From: an uncultured Gemmatimonadales bacterium
GTDB taxonomy: Bacteria > Gemmatimonadota > Gemmatimonadetes > Longimicrobiales > Longimicrobiaceae
Assembly: GCA_963716255.1 (NCBI GenBank)
Contig: OY970303.1
Coordinates: 800,001-864,000, forward strand
DNA: 64,000 nt
Direction: 5' to 3'
Shown: positions 18,952-29,297 of the stretch, piece after piece
How the letters are laid out: each line of letters begins with the position of its first letter
Numbering within the stretch: the stretch's first letter is position 1
Made by a program: the position numbers and the translations under genes
Notes under the pieces: generated by a model
Database searches by the model: none
What the model was told of the DNA's origin: nothing
The model's input: only the letters and a program-made list of their open reading frames with translations

Positions 18952-19811
18952 CCCTGTCCTCCCCCGTCCCCGGTCCCCAGGAGCCGCGCCGCCACCGACG
19001 AGGCGCGCGCCGCGATCCGCAGCGCCCAGCCGGTGGGCACCTCGCGGCTGGCGGCCAGCGCCAGCATGGCGTCGTCGGCCGCGGGCGCGATGCGGACGGT
19101 CGTCTCCGGCGTCTCCACCAGCATCCCCCGCCACGTCCCCAGCCCCAGGTGCCGCAGCGCCCGCTCCGCCTCGGCGGAGGCGCCGTGCAGCGCAGCCGCC
19201 ACCTCCGGCGCGCGGTCGACGCCCTCCGCGCGCATCTCCCCCGCGACCACGAAGCCCTGCGCGTCCATCAGCAGCGCGCCCAGGATGCCACGCTCCGCGG
19301 TGAGCGAGCGGAACTCCGCCTGCGCGGCGTCCCACGGCGCCGGGGCGGGCGCGGGCGGAGCGGCGGGCCCGGCGGGCGGCGGGCTCGGCGCCGGCGGCTC
19401 CCCGGACTGCGCCCGGGAGCGGGCGAGCGCGTCCCGGACGTCCTCGTCGGCGGGATTGGCGGCGGCGGCGCGCTCCAGGTGGCGCAGGGCGCTCCCCCAC
19501 TCGCCGCGCTCGGCGCACACCAGCCCGATCTCGCGGCGGGCGCCGGCGTGCTCGGGGTCCAGGCTGAGCGCCATGTCCCACTCGTCGAAGGCCTTGACCG
19601 GCTCGCCGCCCTCGCGGTACAGCAGCCCCAGGAGGTAGTGCGCCTCCACGTTCGTGGGGTTGCGCTCCAGCCCCCGCAGGCACAGCCGCAGCGCGGCGTC
19701 GCGGCGCCCCGCCTGGCGGTACGCCTCGGCGAGCGGGAGAAAGGCGAGCGTCCCCGGGTCCCGGGCGACCTCCTCGCTCCAGGCGCGGATCTGCGCGGGG
19801 GTGGCGCTCAT
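18948..19811 (-). CDS. TPR + Roadblock/LC7 fusion protein
   Basis: N-terminal DP.TLAFLPLAEAYR TPRs, Pro/Ala linker, C-terminal GILGALLMDAQGFVVA...LGLG.WRGMLVET. Confidence 0.8.
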   Translation of the reverse strand: MSATPAQIRAWSEEVARDPGTLAFLPLAEAYRQAGRRDAALRLCLRGLERNPTNVEAHYLLGLLYREGGEPVKAFDEWDMALSLDPEHAGARREIGLVCAERGEWGSALRHLERAAAANPADEDVRDALARSRAQSGEPPAPSPPPAGPAAPPAPAPAPWDAAQAEFRSLTAERGILGALLMDAQGFVVAGEMRAEGVDRAPEVAAALHGASAEAERALRHLGLGTWRGMLVETPETTVRIAPAADDAMLALAASREVPTGWALRIAARASSVAARLLGTGDGGGQG

Positions 19812-20950
19812 CCGCCCTCCTCGTCCAGCACGGCCCGCAGCGAGGCCGCCGCCTTTCGCGCCCGCTCCGCGGTGGAGCGGCGCGCGGGATCGGCCTCGGC
19901 GAGGCGCAGGTAGGTGCCCCACGCCTCCCCGGCGCGCTCCAGGTTGCCGGTGCGCGCCGCCGCGAAGCCCAGGTGGAAGTGCGCCGCGGGGAGGAGCGGG
20001 TCCAGCGAGATCACCCGGTCCAGCGCCAGGCAGGCCTCGGTCCAGCGCCCGGCGGCGGCGTGCGCCCTCGCCAGCAGCGCGTGCACCTCGGGGCGGTCGG
20101 GGTAGCCGCGCGCCAGGTCGCCCAGCACGCGAAGGGCGCGCGAGGGATTGCCCTCGCGAAGCGCGGCGTGGCCGGCGGCCAGCCCCTCGAAGAGGGTGGC
20201 GTCGCCGGGCGCCTCCGCCACGGCCACCGGCGACGGCTCCTCCGCGATGTCCACCACGCCGGTGGAGACCAGCCCGTAGACGATCTTGGCGACGTCGAAG
20301 TCGCTGCGCCCCAGGTCCGAGGCGATCTCCTTGAGCGGGCGCACCCCGTCGATCTCGGCGAGCACCTCCCACTCGCTGGGGTGCAGGTCGAGCACCCCCT
20401 CGTCCGCGCCCTCGCCGGTGAGCGCGGGGACCACCGCCATGTGCGGGATCTTCGCCTCCAGCGTGCTCCACTCGTCGATGCGCCGCGCCGCCTCCATCAG
20501 CAGCGACTCGGTGGGGACGCGCACCGCCACGCCGCCGGGCTCCGCGGGCGCGGACTCCTCGAAGCGGAAGTAGCCGTCCTTCCACTGGATCAGGTCGAAG
20601 ACGATCTCCTCGATCTGGAAGCGGAGCTGCCGCTTGAGGTCCGTCTCGGAGACGGCGCCCATCTCCACCAGGATGGTGCCGATGCGCCGGCTGGTATCCT
20701 GCCGCTGCAGCTGCACCGCGCGGTTCACCTGCGCCTCGGTGACCTTGCCGGCCATGAGCAGCAGGCGGTCGATGCGCCCCGTGCTCCCCGCCAGCTCGGC
20801 GCCCACCACGGCGCCCCGCTCGAAGCGGATCGAGGCCCGGCGCCCGGCGGCGTCGCCGGTGACGGTGAGCAGCCCCGTCTTCCGCGACAGGTCCAGGAGC
20901 TGGAAGACGTCGCTGAGCGCCAGCTCGCGGATCGGTCCCTCGATCGCCAT
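19808..20950 (-). CDS. DUF4388 (PATAN-like) + TPR protein, paralog 2
   Basis: EGPIRELALSDVFQLL..SRKTG, RIGTILVE, WKDGYFRF, LLMEAARRIDEW. Confidence 0.9.
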   Translation of the reverse strand: MAIEGPIRELALSDVFQLLDLSRKTGLLTVTGDAAGRRASIRFERGAVVGAELAGSTGRIDRLLLMAGKVTEAQVNRAVQLQRQDTSRRIGTILVEMGAVSETDLKRQLRFQIEEIVFDLIQWKDGYFRFEESAPAEPGGVAVRVPTESLLMEAARRIDEWSTLEAKIPHMAVVPALTGEGADEGVLDLHPSEWEVLAEIDGVRPLKEIASDLGRSDFDVAKIVYGLVSTGVVDIAEEPSPVAVAEAPGDATLFEGLAAGHAALREGNPSRALRVLGDLARGYPDRPEVHALLARAHAAAGRWTEACLALDRVISLDPLLPAAHFHLGFAAARTGNLERAGEAWGTYLRLAEADPARRSTAERARKAAASLRAVLDEEGG

Positions 20951-20957
20951 GGCGCCG

Positions 20958-23711
20958 TCAGGCCGGCTGGAGGGCGGCGTCGCCCGTGCGGAAGATGCGC
21001 GCGAACTCCATCGCCGCGGCCACGTTCTCCCTCGCGCGCGCCGCCAGCTCGCCGTCCGGGTCCGCGTCGATGGTGTCGCGCCAGTGGCCGATGGCGTCGC
21101 GGAAGCGGCGCTCCTCCCCGGCGACGACGCCCAGGTAGAAGGAGGCCCCCGCGTGCCGCGGGTCGAAGCGCAGCACGCGGCGGAAGGCCTGCCGCGCGTC
21201 GTCGCGGCGCCCCTCGTCCAGCAGCACCCGGCCCAGCAGGATCAGCGCGTCGAAGTGGTACGGGTCGTCGGCCAGCAGCTCCACCAGCGCGCCGACGGCC
21301 TCGCCCGTGCGCCCCGCGCGCCACTCGGCCCGCGCGAGGAGCTGCAGGGCGTCGGGGTAAGTGGGGAGCAGGTCCAGCGCGGCGCGCGCCTCGGCGGCGG
21401 CCTCCGCGGGGCGGTCGGTGTCCAGCAGCAGGCGCCCCAGCTCCAGGCGCGCGCCCACGAACTCGGGGTCCAGGCGCACCGCCTCGCGCAGCGCGGCCTC
21501 GGCCTCGGCGCGGCGCCCGGCCAGCGCTTCCGCGCGCCCCAGCGAGCGCAGCGTCGCCGGGTCCGCCGGGTCCAGCGCCCGCACCCGCGCGAACACGTCC
21601 GCGGCGGCCCCGCCCTCGCCGCCGCGCAGAAGCGTCTCGCCCAGCACGCGCAGGTTGGCCGCGTCGTCGGGGGTGTGCGCGCGGGTGGCCTCCGCGGCGG
21701 AGCGCGCCTCGTCCAGCCGCCCCAGCTGGAGCAGCGCCCGCGCGCGCCCCACGGCGGCGCGCCGGTGGGCGGGGGACCACTGCGCGTCGTCCAGCCGCGC
21801 CAGCGCCGCGTCGAAGCGCTCCAGCGCCTCGCCGTCCAGCCCCTGCCGCAGGAACGTTTCCGCGGTGAGCAGCGCCGCCTCCACCGGGTCGCCGCCGGCC
21901 AGCGCGGCGCGGCGGATCTCGGCGAGGGCGCGCTCCAGCAGCCCCTTGGACAGGTAGTCCCCGGCCAGCGCGAAGGCGTCCGCCGGCGGAATCGCGGCGG
22001 GCGTCTCCGGCTCCGCCCTGGGCGCGATCTCGCCGAACAGGGCGTCCAGCGCGCCCGCGTCGAAGGTGAAGCTCGCCACCCCCTCCTCCTCGCCGGACAC
22101 GCGCTCGGCGGCGTCCAGGTCGGGGGCGGGGATCTCCGCGTACTCGAACTGCAGCTCGATGGCGAGCCGGTAGCGCGGGGTGGTGTAGTACGGGTTCAGC
22201 TCCAGCGCGCGCTTGGTCTCGCGCAGCGCGCCCTCGAAGTCGCCCAGGTTGGACAGGACGAAGCTGAGGTTGTAGCGCGCCTCCGCCGAATCGGGGTCGG
22301 CCTCCACCGCCCGCGCGAAGGCGTTGCGCGCCTCGTCGTAGCGGCGCGACTCCATCAGCACCGAGCCCACCCCGTTCCATGCCGCCGCCGAGGCGGGGTC
22401 GGCGTCCAGCCCGCCGCGGAAGGCGTCCAGCGCCTCGCGGTGGCGGCCGCGCCGCAGGTACATCAGCCCGCGGTTGCACCAGGCCTCGGTGAACGCAGCG
22501 CGCAGCCGCACCGCCTCGGCGAAGGAGCGCTCGGCCCCCTCCGGGTCGGCGCGGTGGGTGCGGGCCACGCCCAGGTTGTTCCAGGCCAGCGCGTACGCCG
22601 GGTCGGTCTCGATGGCGCGGCGGTAGCTGTCCTCCGCGCCCGCGACGTCGCCGGTCTGGTGGAGGCACACGCCCCGCTCGTTCCACAGCTTGGGGCTCCC
22701 CTCGTCCTCGGCCAGCAGCCGGTCGTACAGGTCCAGCGCCGGCCCCGTCTTCCCCTGGAGGAGGTGCACCTCCGCCATCCCCTGACGCACCAGCCCCGCG
22801 TCCTCGCCCCCGGAGAGCGCCCGGTCGAACTCGCGCAGCGCCTCGTCGTACAGCCCCTTCTGGCGGAAGGCGACGCCCAGGTTGTAGTGGGCCAGGAACT
22901 CCCCGGTGGCGATCTCCGGGCGGCGCACTCGCTCCCCCACCAGCTCGCGGTAGCGGGCGGTGCTGTAGCGGTCCAGGCTGAGGTTGGTCTGCGCCTTCGC
23001 CAGCTGCGGGTTGAGCTGCATGGCGCGGCGGGACGAGGCCGAGGCCTTTTCCATCTCGCCCAGGTCGCCCCACACGAAGGCGAGCACGTGGTGCGCGTCC
23101 GCCAGCTCCGGGTGCAGCTCGATGGCGCGCACCAGCTCGCGGCGCGCCTCCTCGTTGAGCCCCCGGTTGTAGTACAGCTCCCCCTGGTAGAAGTGGAGCA
23201 CGGCGCTGTCCGGGTCCAGCTCCAGCGCGCGCCGGAACCACTCCATCGCCGCCTCGAAGCTCCCCCCCGCCTTTTCCGCCTGCCCCAGCCGGATCAGCGT
23301 TTCCAGGTCGTCGGGGACGTGCCCGAGCAGGCGCCGCAGCTCCGCCACGGCGCCGGCGCTGTCGCCGGTGTGCAGGTACGCCTGGGCCAGGCGGGTGCGC
23401 GCGTCGGCGTCGGCCGGGTCCTCGCGCAGCCGCTCGCGCAGCTCCGCGATCATCCGGTCGTAGTAGCCGGTGGCGAAGTAGGCGATCTCCAGGTTGCGCT
23501 GCGCCACCTGCATCTTGGGGTCGATCTCCAGCGCGCGCTGGAACTGCGAGATCGCCTCCTCGTACAGCCCCTTGTTGAAGTACAGCACCCCCAGGTTGTT
23601 GTGCGCGCCCGCATCCGCCGCGTCGATCCGCTGGGCGAAGCCGCGGAGGATGCGGAGGTCGCGCTCCGAGCGCGGGGCGCGTGCCTGGGCGTTGGGGGCG
23701 AGCTCCTGCAC
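20958..23711 (-). CDS. Large multi-TPR protein (917 aa)
   Basis: Many AHNNLG, AWNNLG and ARYNL TPR motifs. Confidence 0.9.
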   Translation of the reverse strand: MQELAPNAQARAPRSERDLRILRGFAQRIDAADAGAHNNLGVLYFNKGLYEEAISQFQRALEIDPKMQVAQRNLEIAYFATGYYDRMIAELRERLREDPADADARTRLAQAYLHTGDSAGAVAELRRLLGHVPDDLETLIRLGQAEKAGGSFEAAMEWFRRALELDPDSAVLHFYQGELYYNRGLNEEARRELVRAIELHPELADAHHVLAFVWGDLGEMEKASASSRRAMQLNPQLAKAQTNLSLDRYSTARYRELVGERVRRPEIATGEFLAHYNLGVAFRQKGLYDEALREFDRALSGGEDAGLVRQGMAEVHLLQGKTGPALDLYDRLLAEDEGSPKLWNERGVCLHQTGDVAGAEDSYRRAIETDPAYALAWNNLGVARTHRADPEGAERSFAEAVRLRAAFTEAWCNRGLMYLRRGRHREALDAFRGGLDADPASAAAWNGVGSVLMESRRYDEARNAFARAVEADPDSAEARYNLSFVLSNLGDFEGALRETKRALELNPYYTTPRYRLAIELQFEYAEIPAPDLDAAERVSGEEEGVASFTFDAGALDALFGEIAPRAEPETPAAIPPADAFALAGDYLSKGLLERALAEIRRAALAGGDPVEAALLTAETFLRQGLDGEALERFDAALARLDDAQWSPAHRRAAVGRARALLQLGRLDEARSAAEATRAHTPDDAANLRVLGETLLRGGEGGAAADVFARVRALDPADPATLRSLGRAEALAGRRAEAEAALREAVRLDPEFVGARLELGRLLLDTDRPAEAAAEARAALDLLPTYPDALQLLARAEWRAGRTGEAVGALVELLADDPYHFDALILLGRVLLDEGRRDDARQAFRRVLRFDPRHAGASFYLGVVAGEERRFRDAIGHWRDTIDADPDGELAARARENVAAAMEFARIFRTGDAALQPA

Positions 23712-23712
23712 G

Positions 23713-24330
23713 TCAGGCCAGGCGGATGTGCTCGAGGATGATCTGCAGCGACTCCACGTCGGGGAGGAGTAGGAAGTGCCCCTGCACCGAGGTCTCTTCC
23801 TCCATCTTGAACTCCGTCTGGATGCAGAAGACGTAGTCGCGCTCGTGCCCGAAGTTGGTGTACGCCGTGGTGAGCACCGCGCCCGCCAGGTCGATGACCA
23901 GCGACGGCACCGAGGGAAGCAGCATCATCCCCATGAAGTCGGAGAGCGCGTTCATGTACGCCGCCGACAGGATGTTGCCCGCCTCCTTGATGGCCGACTG
24001 CTCCAGCTCGCCGAAGACGTGCGAGTTGCCCGGGGGCCGGTGCAGCAGGATCTCGGACAGGCGCATGGCCGAGGTGCGCGGAAAGATCAGCAGCGTGCGC
24101 CCGGTGAGGTCGCCCAGCATGTGCATGAGCACCGCCGCCACCACCTCCTCGGAGCCGCTCAGCAGCTCGGGGACGTCCTCCAGCGGCGCCACCTGCAGCT
24201 GCGGCACGGTGATCATGATCCGGCTCTTCGTCATCTGCGAGAGCGCGGTCGCGGCGTGCCCCGCGCCCATGTTCGCCACCTCGCGCAGCGCGTCGAGCTG
24301 AATGGCCTCAAGGTCTCGGATGTCGATCAT
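23713..24330 (-). CDS. cheC: CheY-P phosphatase CheC
   Basis: DALREVANMGAGHAATALS and SAIKEAGNIL (two ExxN motifs). Confidence 0.95.
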   Translation of the reverse strand: MIDIRDLEAIQLDALREVANMGAGHAATALSQMTKSRIMITVPQLQVAPLEDVPELLSGSEEVVAAVLMHMLGDLTGRTLLIFPRTSAMRLSEILLHRPPGNSHVFGELEQSAIKEAGNILSAAYMNALSDFMGMMLLPSVPSLVIDLAGAVLTTAYTNFGHERDYVFCIQTEFKMEEETSVQGHFLLLPDVESLQIILEHIRLA

Positions 24331-24367
24331 CGGTGGGCCCGGTCTCTGTGCGTAGGTTGCGGCGCGC

Positions 24368-26326
24368 TCAGGCGGCGGCCACGGCTTCGGCGCGGCCCTC
24401 GCGGGCGAGGATGCTCCCCACGTCGAGGATCAGCGCCGGACGTCCGTCGCTGAGGATGGTCGCCCCGGAAAAGAGGCGCAGCGTGGCGACGGTGGCGTCG
24501 AACGACTTGACGACGATCTCCTGCTGGCCGGCGAGCCCATCCACCTCCACCCCCACCCGGTGCTCGCCGGCCTCCAGCACCACCGCCATGCGGCGCCCGT
24601 CCGCCGGCGCCTCCTCCGCGTGCCGCAGCATGCCGCGCAGCGACAGCAGCGGGATCACCTCGTCGCGGAGCACGGCCACGGTGCGCCCCTTCACGGAGCG
24701 CACGTCGGCCTCGGGGATCTCCACCGTCTCGCCCACGTGGGTGATGGGGAGCGCGTAGGTCTCCCCGCCCAGCTTCACCAGCAGCGCCCGCACGATGGCG
24801 AGCGTCAGCGGCATGCGCAGGGTGAACACGGTCCCCCGCCCCGGCGTGCTCTCGATCTCCAGCGTGCCGCCCAGGGCGCGCACCCGGGTCGCCACCACGT
24901 CCAGCCCCACCCCGCGGCCGGACACGTCGGTGACCCGTTCCGCGGTGGAGAAGCCCGCCCGCGTCAGCAGCCGGAACACCTCGTCGTCGGGGAGCGCGTG
25001 CGCCGCCTCCGCGGGGACCAGCCCGGCGGAGACCGCCTTGGCCAGCACCCGCTCGCGGGAGATGCCGCGCCCGTCGTCCTCCACGCGGATCAGCACCTGG
25101 GAGCGCTCGCGCGCCGCCAGCAGGTGCAGCGTCCCCGTCTCGGGCTTGCCCGCCGCGCGCCGCTCCCCCGGAGACTCGATGCCGTGGTCCAGCGAGTTGC
25201 GCAGCAGGTGCACGATGGGGTCGCCGATCTCGTCCAGCATGGAGCGGTCGAACTCGATCTCCTTGCCCTCGATCACGAACTCCACCTGCTTCCCCAGCGC
25301 CCGCGCCGCGTCGCGCACCAGGCGCGGGAAGCGGTCGAACACCTGGCCCACGGGGACCATGCGCGCCTGCATGATCTCGTCCTGCAGCTCGGAGATCAGC
25401 CGCGCCGCCTGGTCCACCGTTTCCTCCAGCTCCGGCTCGTCCCTGACCGCCGCCAGCTTCTGCAGGCGGTCGCGGATGATGACCAGCTCGCCGATCTGGT
25501 TCATCAGCGCGTCCAGCCGCCGCAGGTCCACCCGGATGTTGCGCGCCCGGGCCGTGGCGGGCGCCGCGGCGGCGATCTCGGGGACGGCCCCGGGAGCGGG
25601 CTCCGGAGCGCCGGCGCCGGGGGCGGACTCCGCCACCTCCACCCGCTCGATCTCCCCCGCCGCGCGCAGCGCCGCCTCCACCTCCGCGGCGGGCCGCTCC
25701 GTGCGCAGCAGGAACTCCAGCACGCCGCGGAACTCCGGCCCCTGGAGCAGCGTCTCGTCCGGCGCGACGCCGCCCACCTCGCCCATCCCCCTGGCCAGGC
25801 GCAGCGCCATGAAGGCGCGCACCCCCGGGAGCGGCGAGTCGTGCGCCACCACCACCCGCACCCGCAGCGCCCCGTCCGCCGCGGCGCCGGCGCCGTTCGC
25901 CCCCGGGGAAGCGGCGGACGCCTCCGCCTCCTCCGCGGGGGCCGCGTCGCCCAGCACCCCGCGGAGCCGCGCGATCACCGGCGCAAGGTCGGGCTCCGCG
26001 CCGTCGTCCTCCGCGACCGCCGCCTCGATGGCGCGCTCCAGCGCGTCCGCGCCCTCGAAGAGCAGGTCCACCAGGTCGCCGTCCACCGAGCGCCCGCCGT
26101 GGCGCACCCGGTCCAGGAGGTCCTCCAGGGCGTGCGCCAGGTCGGCGACGCCGCGGTACCCCATGGTCGCCGACATCCCCTTGATGGTGTGCACGGCGCG
26201 GAAGACCCCCTCCACGGGCTCGCGCGAGCCGGGGCTCGCCTCCAGCGCCAGGAGGAGGTCGTTGATCGCCGAGACGTGCTCGCGCGACTCGGACAGGAAC
26301 AGCTCGCCGTACTGGGACAGTTCCAT
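24368..26326 (-). CDS. cheA: Chemotaxis histidine kinase CheA (P1-P2-P3-P4-P5)
   Basis: FRAVHTIKGMS Hpt, HLLRNSLDHG, DDGRG, GFSTA..VTDVSGRGVGLDVV, CheW domain. Confidence 0.97.
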   Translation of the reverse strand: MELSQYGELFLSESREHVSAINDLLLALEASPGSREPVEGVFRAVHTIKGMSATMGYRGVADLAHALEDLLDRVRHGGRSVDGDLVDLLFEGADALERAIEAAVAEDDGAEPDLAPVIARLRGVLGDAAPAEEAEASAASPGANGAGAAADGALRVRVVVAHDSPLPGVRAFMALRLARGMGEVGGVAPDETLLQGPEFRGVLEFLLRTERPAAEVEAALRAAGEIERVEVAESAPGAGAPEPAPGAVPEIAAAAPATARARNIRVDLRRLDALMNQIGELVIIRDRLQKLAAVRDEPELEETVDQAARLISELQDEIMQARMVPVGQVFDRFPRLVRDAARALGKQVEFVIEGKEIEFDRSMLDEIGDPIVHLLRNSLDHGIESPGERRAAGKPETGTLHLLAARERSQVLIRVEDDGRGISRERVLAKAVSAGLVPAEAAHALPDDEVFRLLTRAGFSTAERVTDVSGRGVGLDVVATRVRALGGTLEIESTPGRGTVFTLRMPLTLAIVRALLVKLGGETYALPITHVGETVEIPEADVRSVKGRTVAVLRDEVIPLLSLRGMLRHAEEAPADGRRMAVVLEAGEHRVGVEVDGLAGQQEIVVKSFDATVATLRLFSGATILSDGRPALILDVGSILAREGRAEAVAAA

Positions 26327-26342
26327 GGAGGACAACGAGGAA

Positions 26343-26426
26343 GGTTACAGGTTACAGGAGACAGGTTACAGCCAACCAGGGAGACAGCAGCTGAAGGCTG
26401 TCCCCTGTAACCTGTTCCCTGTCCCC
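26343..26426. repeat. Inverted heptamer-repeat tract (GGTTACA / TGTTCCC type)
   Basis: ggttacaggttacagg...cctgtaacctgttccctgtccc. Confidence 0.7.
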
Positions 26427-26788
26427 TATCCCAGCACGCGCTGGACGGCTTCGAGGACGCGCGAAGGCTGGAACGGCTTCACCACGAAGTCGCGCGCGCC
26501 GGCCTGGATCGCCTCGATCACCAGCGCCTGCTGCCCCATGGCGCTGCACATGAGGACCTTGGCGCCCGGGTCTTCCTTGACGATCTCGCGGACGGCGTCG
26601 ATCCCGCCCATGTCGGGCATGACGATGTCCATGGTCACCAGGTCCGGCTTGAGGGTGCGGTACTTTTCCACCGCCTGCAGCCCCGTCTCCGCCTCGCCCA
26701 CGATCTGGAAGCCGGCCTGCGTCAGGATGTCGCCGATCATGGTGCGCATGAAGATCGCGTCATCGCAGATCAACACGGTCTGAGCCAT
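26426..26788 (-). CDS. cheY: Single-domain response regulator CheY
   Basis: VLICDDAIFMR, VTMDIVMP, MCSAMGQ, FVVKPF; GGAGGA RBS. Confidence 0.95.
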   Translation of the reverse strand: MAQTVLICDDAIFMRTMIGDILTQAGFQIVGEAETGLQAVEKYRTLKPDLVTMDIVMPDMGGIDAVREIVKEDPGAKVLMCSAMGQQALVIEAIQAGARDFVVKPFQPSRVLEAVQRVLG

Positions 26789-26829
26789 CAATCCTCCAGT
26801 GGAAGAGGTGTGAGCGGAAGTGGAATGCG

Positions 26830-27318
26830 CTACGCGAGGATGGGACGGAAGATCTCGTCCGGGTCCACGGCGACGAAGATGCGGTCGTCCGTCTCCCCCA
26901 CCCCCAGCAGGTAGGACCGGTCGATGCGGAGCGAGCGGAGCAGGTCGGCGCCCATCTCCAGGTTGTCCAGGTCGGCGCGGACGATGCGCGACACCTCCCG
27001 CACCGCCAGCCCCACCAGCCGCCCGCCGTGCTCCAGCACCACGATGCTGTGGTCGGGGTCGGCGGAGGCCGCCGGCAGCTCCAGCCGCGCGCCCAGGTCG
27101 ATCACCGTGACGATGCGCCCGCGCAGGTTGATCAGCCCGCACACGTACGGCTCGCTCCCCGGGAGCGGCGTGTACGGCCGCGGCGGGATGATCTCGCGGA
27201 TGGAGCGGATCGCGACGCCGAACCAGTGCTCCGCCACGCCGAGCAGGACGATGCGCTCCGCGGACGCTTCCGCGGCGAACAGGTCATCCACGTCGTGTGT
27301 GGTCTGGAGGTCGTGCAT
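26830..27318 (-). CDS. cheW: Chemotaxis adaptor CheW
   Basis: TPLPGSEPYVCGLINLRGRIVTVIDL. Confidence 0.9.
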   Translation of the reverse strand: MHDLQTTHDVDDLFAAEASAERIVLLGVAEHWFGVAIRSIREIIPPRPYTPLPGSEPYVCGLINLRGRIVTVIDLGARLELPAASADPDHSIVVLEHGGRLVGLAVREVSRIVRADLDNLEMGADLLRSLRIDRSYLLGVGETDDRIFVAVDPDEIFRPILA

Positions 27319-27358
27319 CACGGCCGGGAGGGAACGTCGTCGTGGGAGGTGAAGCGAA

Positions 27359-27379
27359 AGTATAGCGGGCACCCCCGCG

Positions 27380-27387
<8 letters not shown>
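27359..27387 (-). promoter_or_regulatory. Putative sigma70 promoter for the che/mgl cluster
   Basis: TTGCTT-17 nt-TATACT on the minus strand. Confidence 0.5.
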
Positions 27388-28340
<953 letters not shown>

Positions 28341-28351
<11 letters not shown>

Positions 28352-28901
28352 CCTTTTCCCGGGCCGCCTGCACGTCCTCGCGCCACAGGGAGATCGCCAG
28401 CAGGATGGCCCCGCAGGTCACCGCGATGTCCGCCACGTTGAACACCGGCCAGCGCACCTCGCCCAGGCCGAAGTCCAGGAAGTCCACCACGCCCTGGTGC
28501 GAGCGGACGCGGTCGATCAGGTTGCCGATTGCCCCCGCCGTCACCGAGGCCAGCGCCAGGAGCCGGGAGCGGTCGGTGCGCGGCGTGGAGCGGTACCACA
28601 AAAAGAGCCCGATGATCGCCAGGACCGTGAGCCCGGTGAAGATCCAGCGGGAATTCTCGCCCAGGTGCAGCCCGAACGCCGCCCCGCGGTTGAAGATGTA
28701 GGTGAGGCGGAAGAAGTCGCCCAGCACCGGCACCGGGTCGTAGAGCCGGAGCGTGCGCTGCACGACCGCCTTGGTGACGATGTCCAGCAGCACGACGCCG
28801 CCCACGACGCCAAGGTACATGCCGAGCTTTCCCTGCATGCTGGGCTCGTTCAGGATCGTGGGCGGGGTCTCGGTTTTCTCCGTCAACGTGCTGCTCTCCA
28901 T
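28341..28901 (-). CDS. lspA: Lipoprotein signal peptidase II
   Basis: NRGAAFG, GAIGNLIDR, VVDFLD, WPVFNVAD. Confidence 0.97.
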
Positions 28902-28933
28902 GTTGTGCGATCTCGTTTGACTGTCGCTCGTAG

Positions 28934-29066
28934 TTTGGGGCCGCTCCGGAACCAGGCCAAACAGCCGGCCTGTTTCCTACGCGGGTCGCGGAGCCACCGG
29001 AAACTGCCCCGGTGTCTCCGCTCCGGCTCCGTGAGCCCCGCCAAACTGCCGGCGGGTCTCCCTCCG
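28934..29066 (+). repeat. Intergenic repeat family B (triple hairpin), copy 1
   Basis: TGGGGCCGCTCCGG followed by three GAGCC-stem-AAAC-stem-GTCTC-like units. Confidence 0.85.
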
Positions 29067-29297
29067 CAACAGCATGTGGGAACTGCGGGGAACGGCAACG
29101 GCGGCCCCCACCCGGCTCGCCTTGGGCTCGCCACCCTCCCCCAATTCTGGGGGAGGGCTTCCCGTGTCCCAGCCCTGTCGTTCTCCCCCTCTCCCCTTGC
29201 GGGGAGGGGCCGGGGGAGGGGGTCGCCGTCGTAGTTGCAGGCTGTTCCCTGTGGCGCTTCACGCTTCGCGTGAACCGATGAACCCTGTTCCCTGCCG

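Noticed and set aside
11512..26783. Very long plus-strand ORFs (e.g. 817 aa, 1035 aa, 662 aa) and alternative-frame minus ORFs such as 29371-32709
   Set aside because: Antisense or shadow frames of high-GC genes; Arg/Pro/Ala-rich with no recognisable motifs
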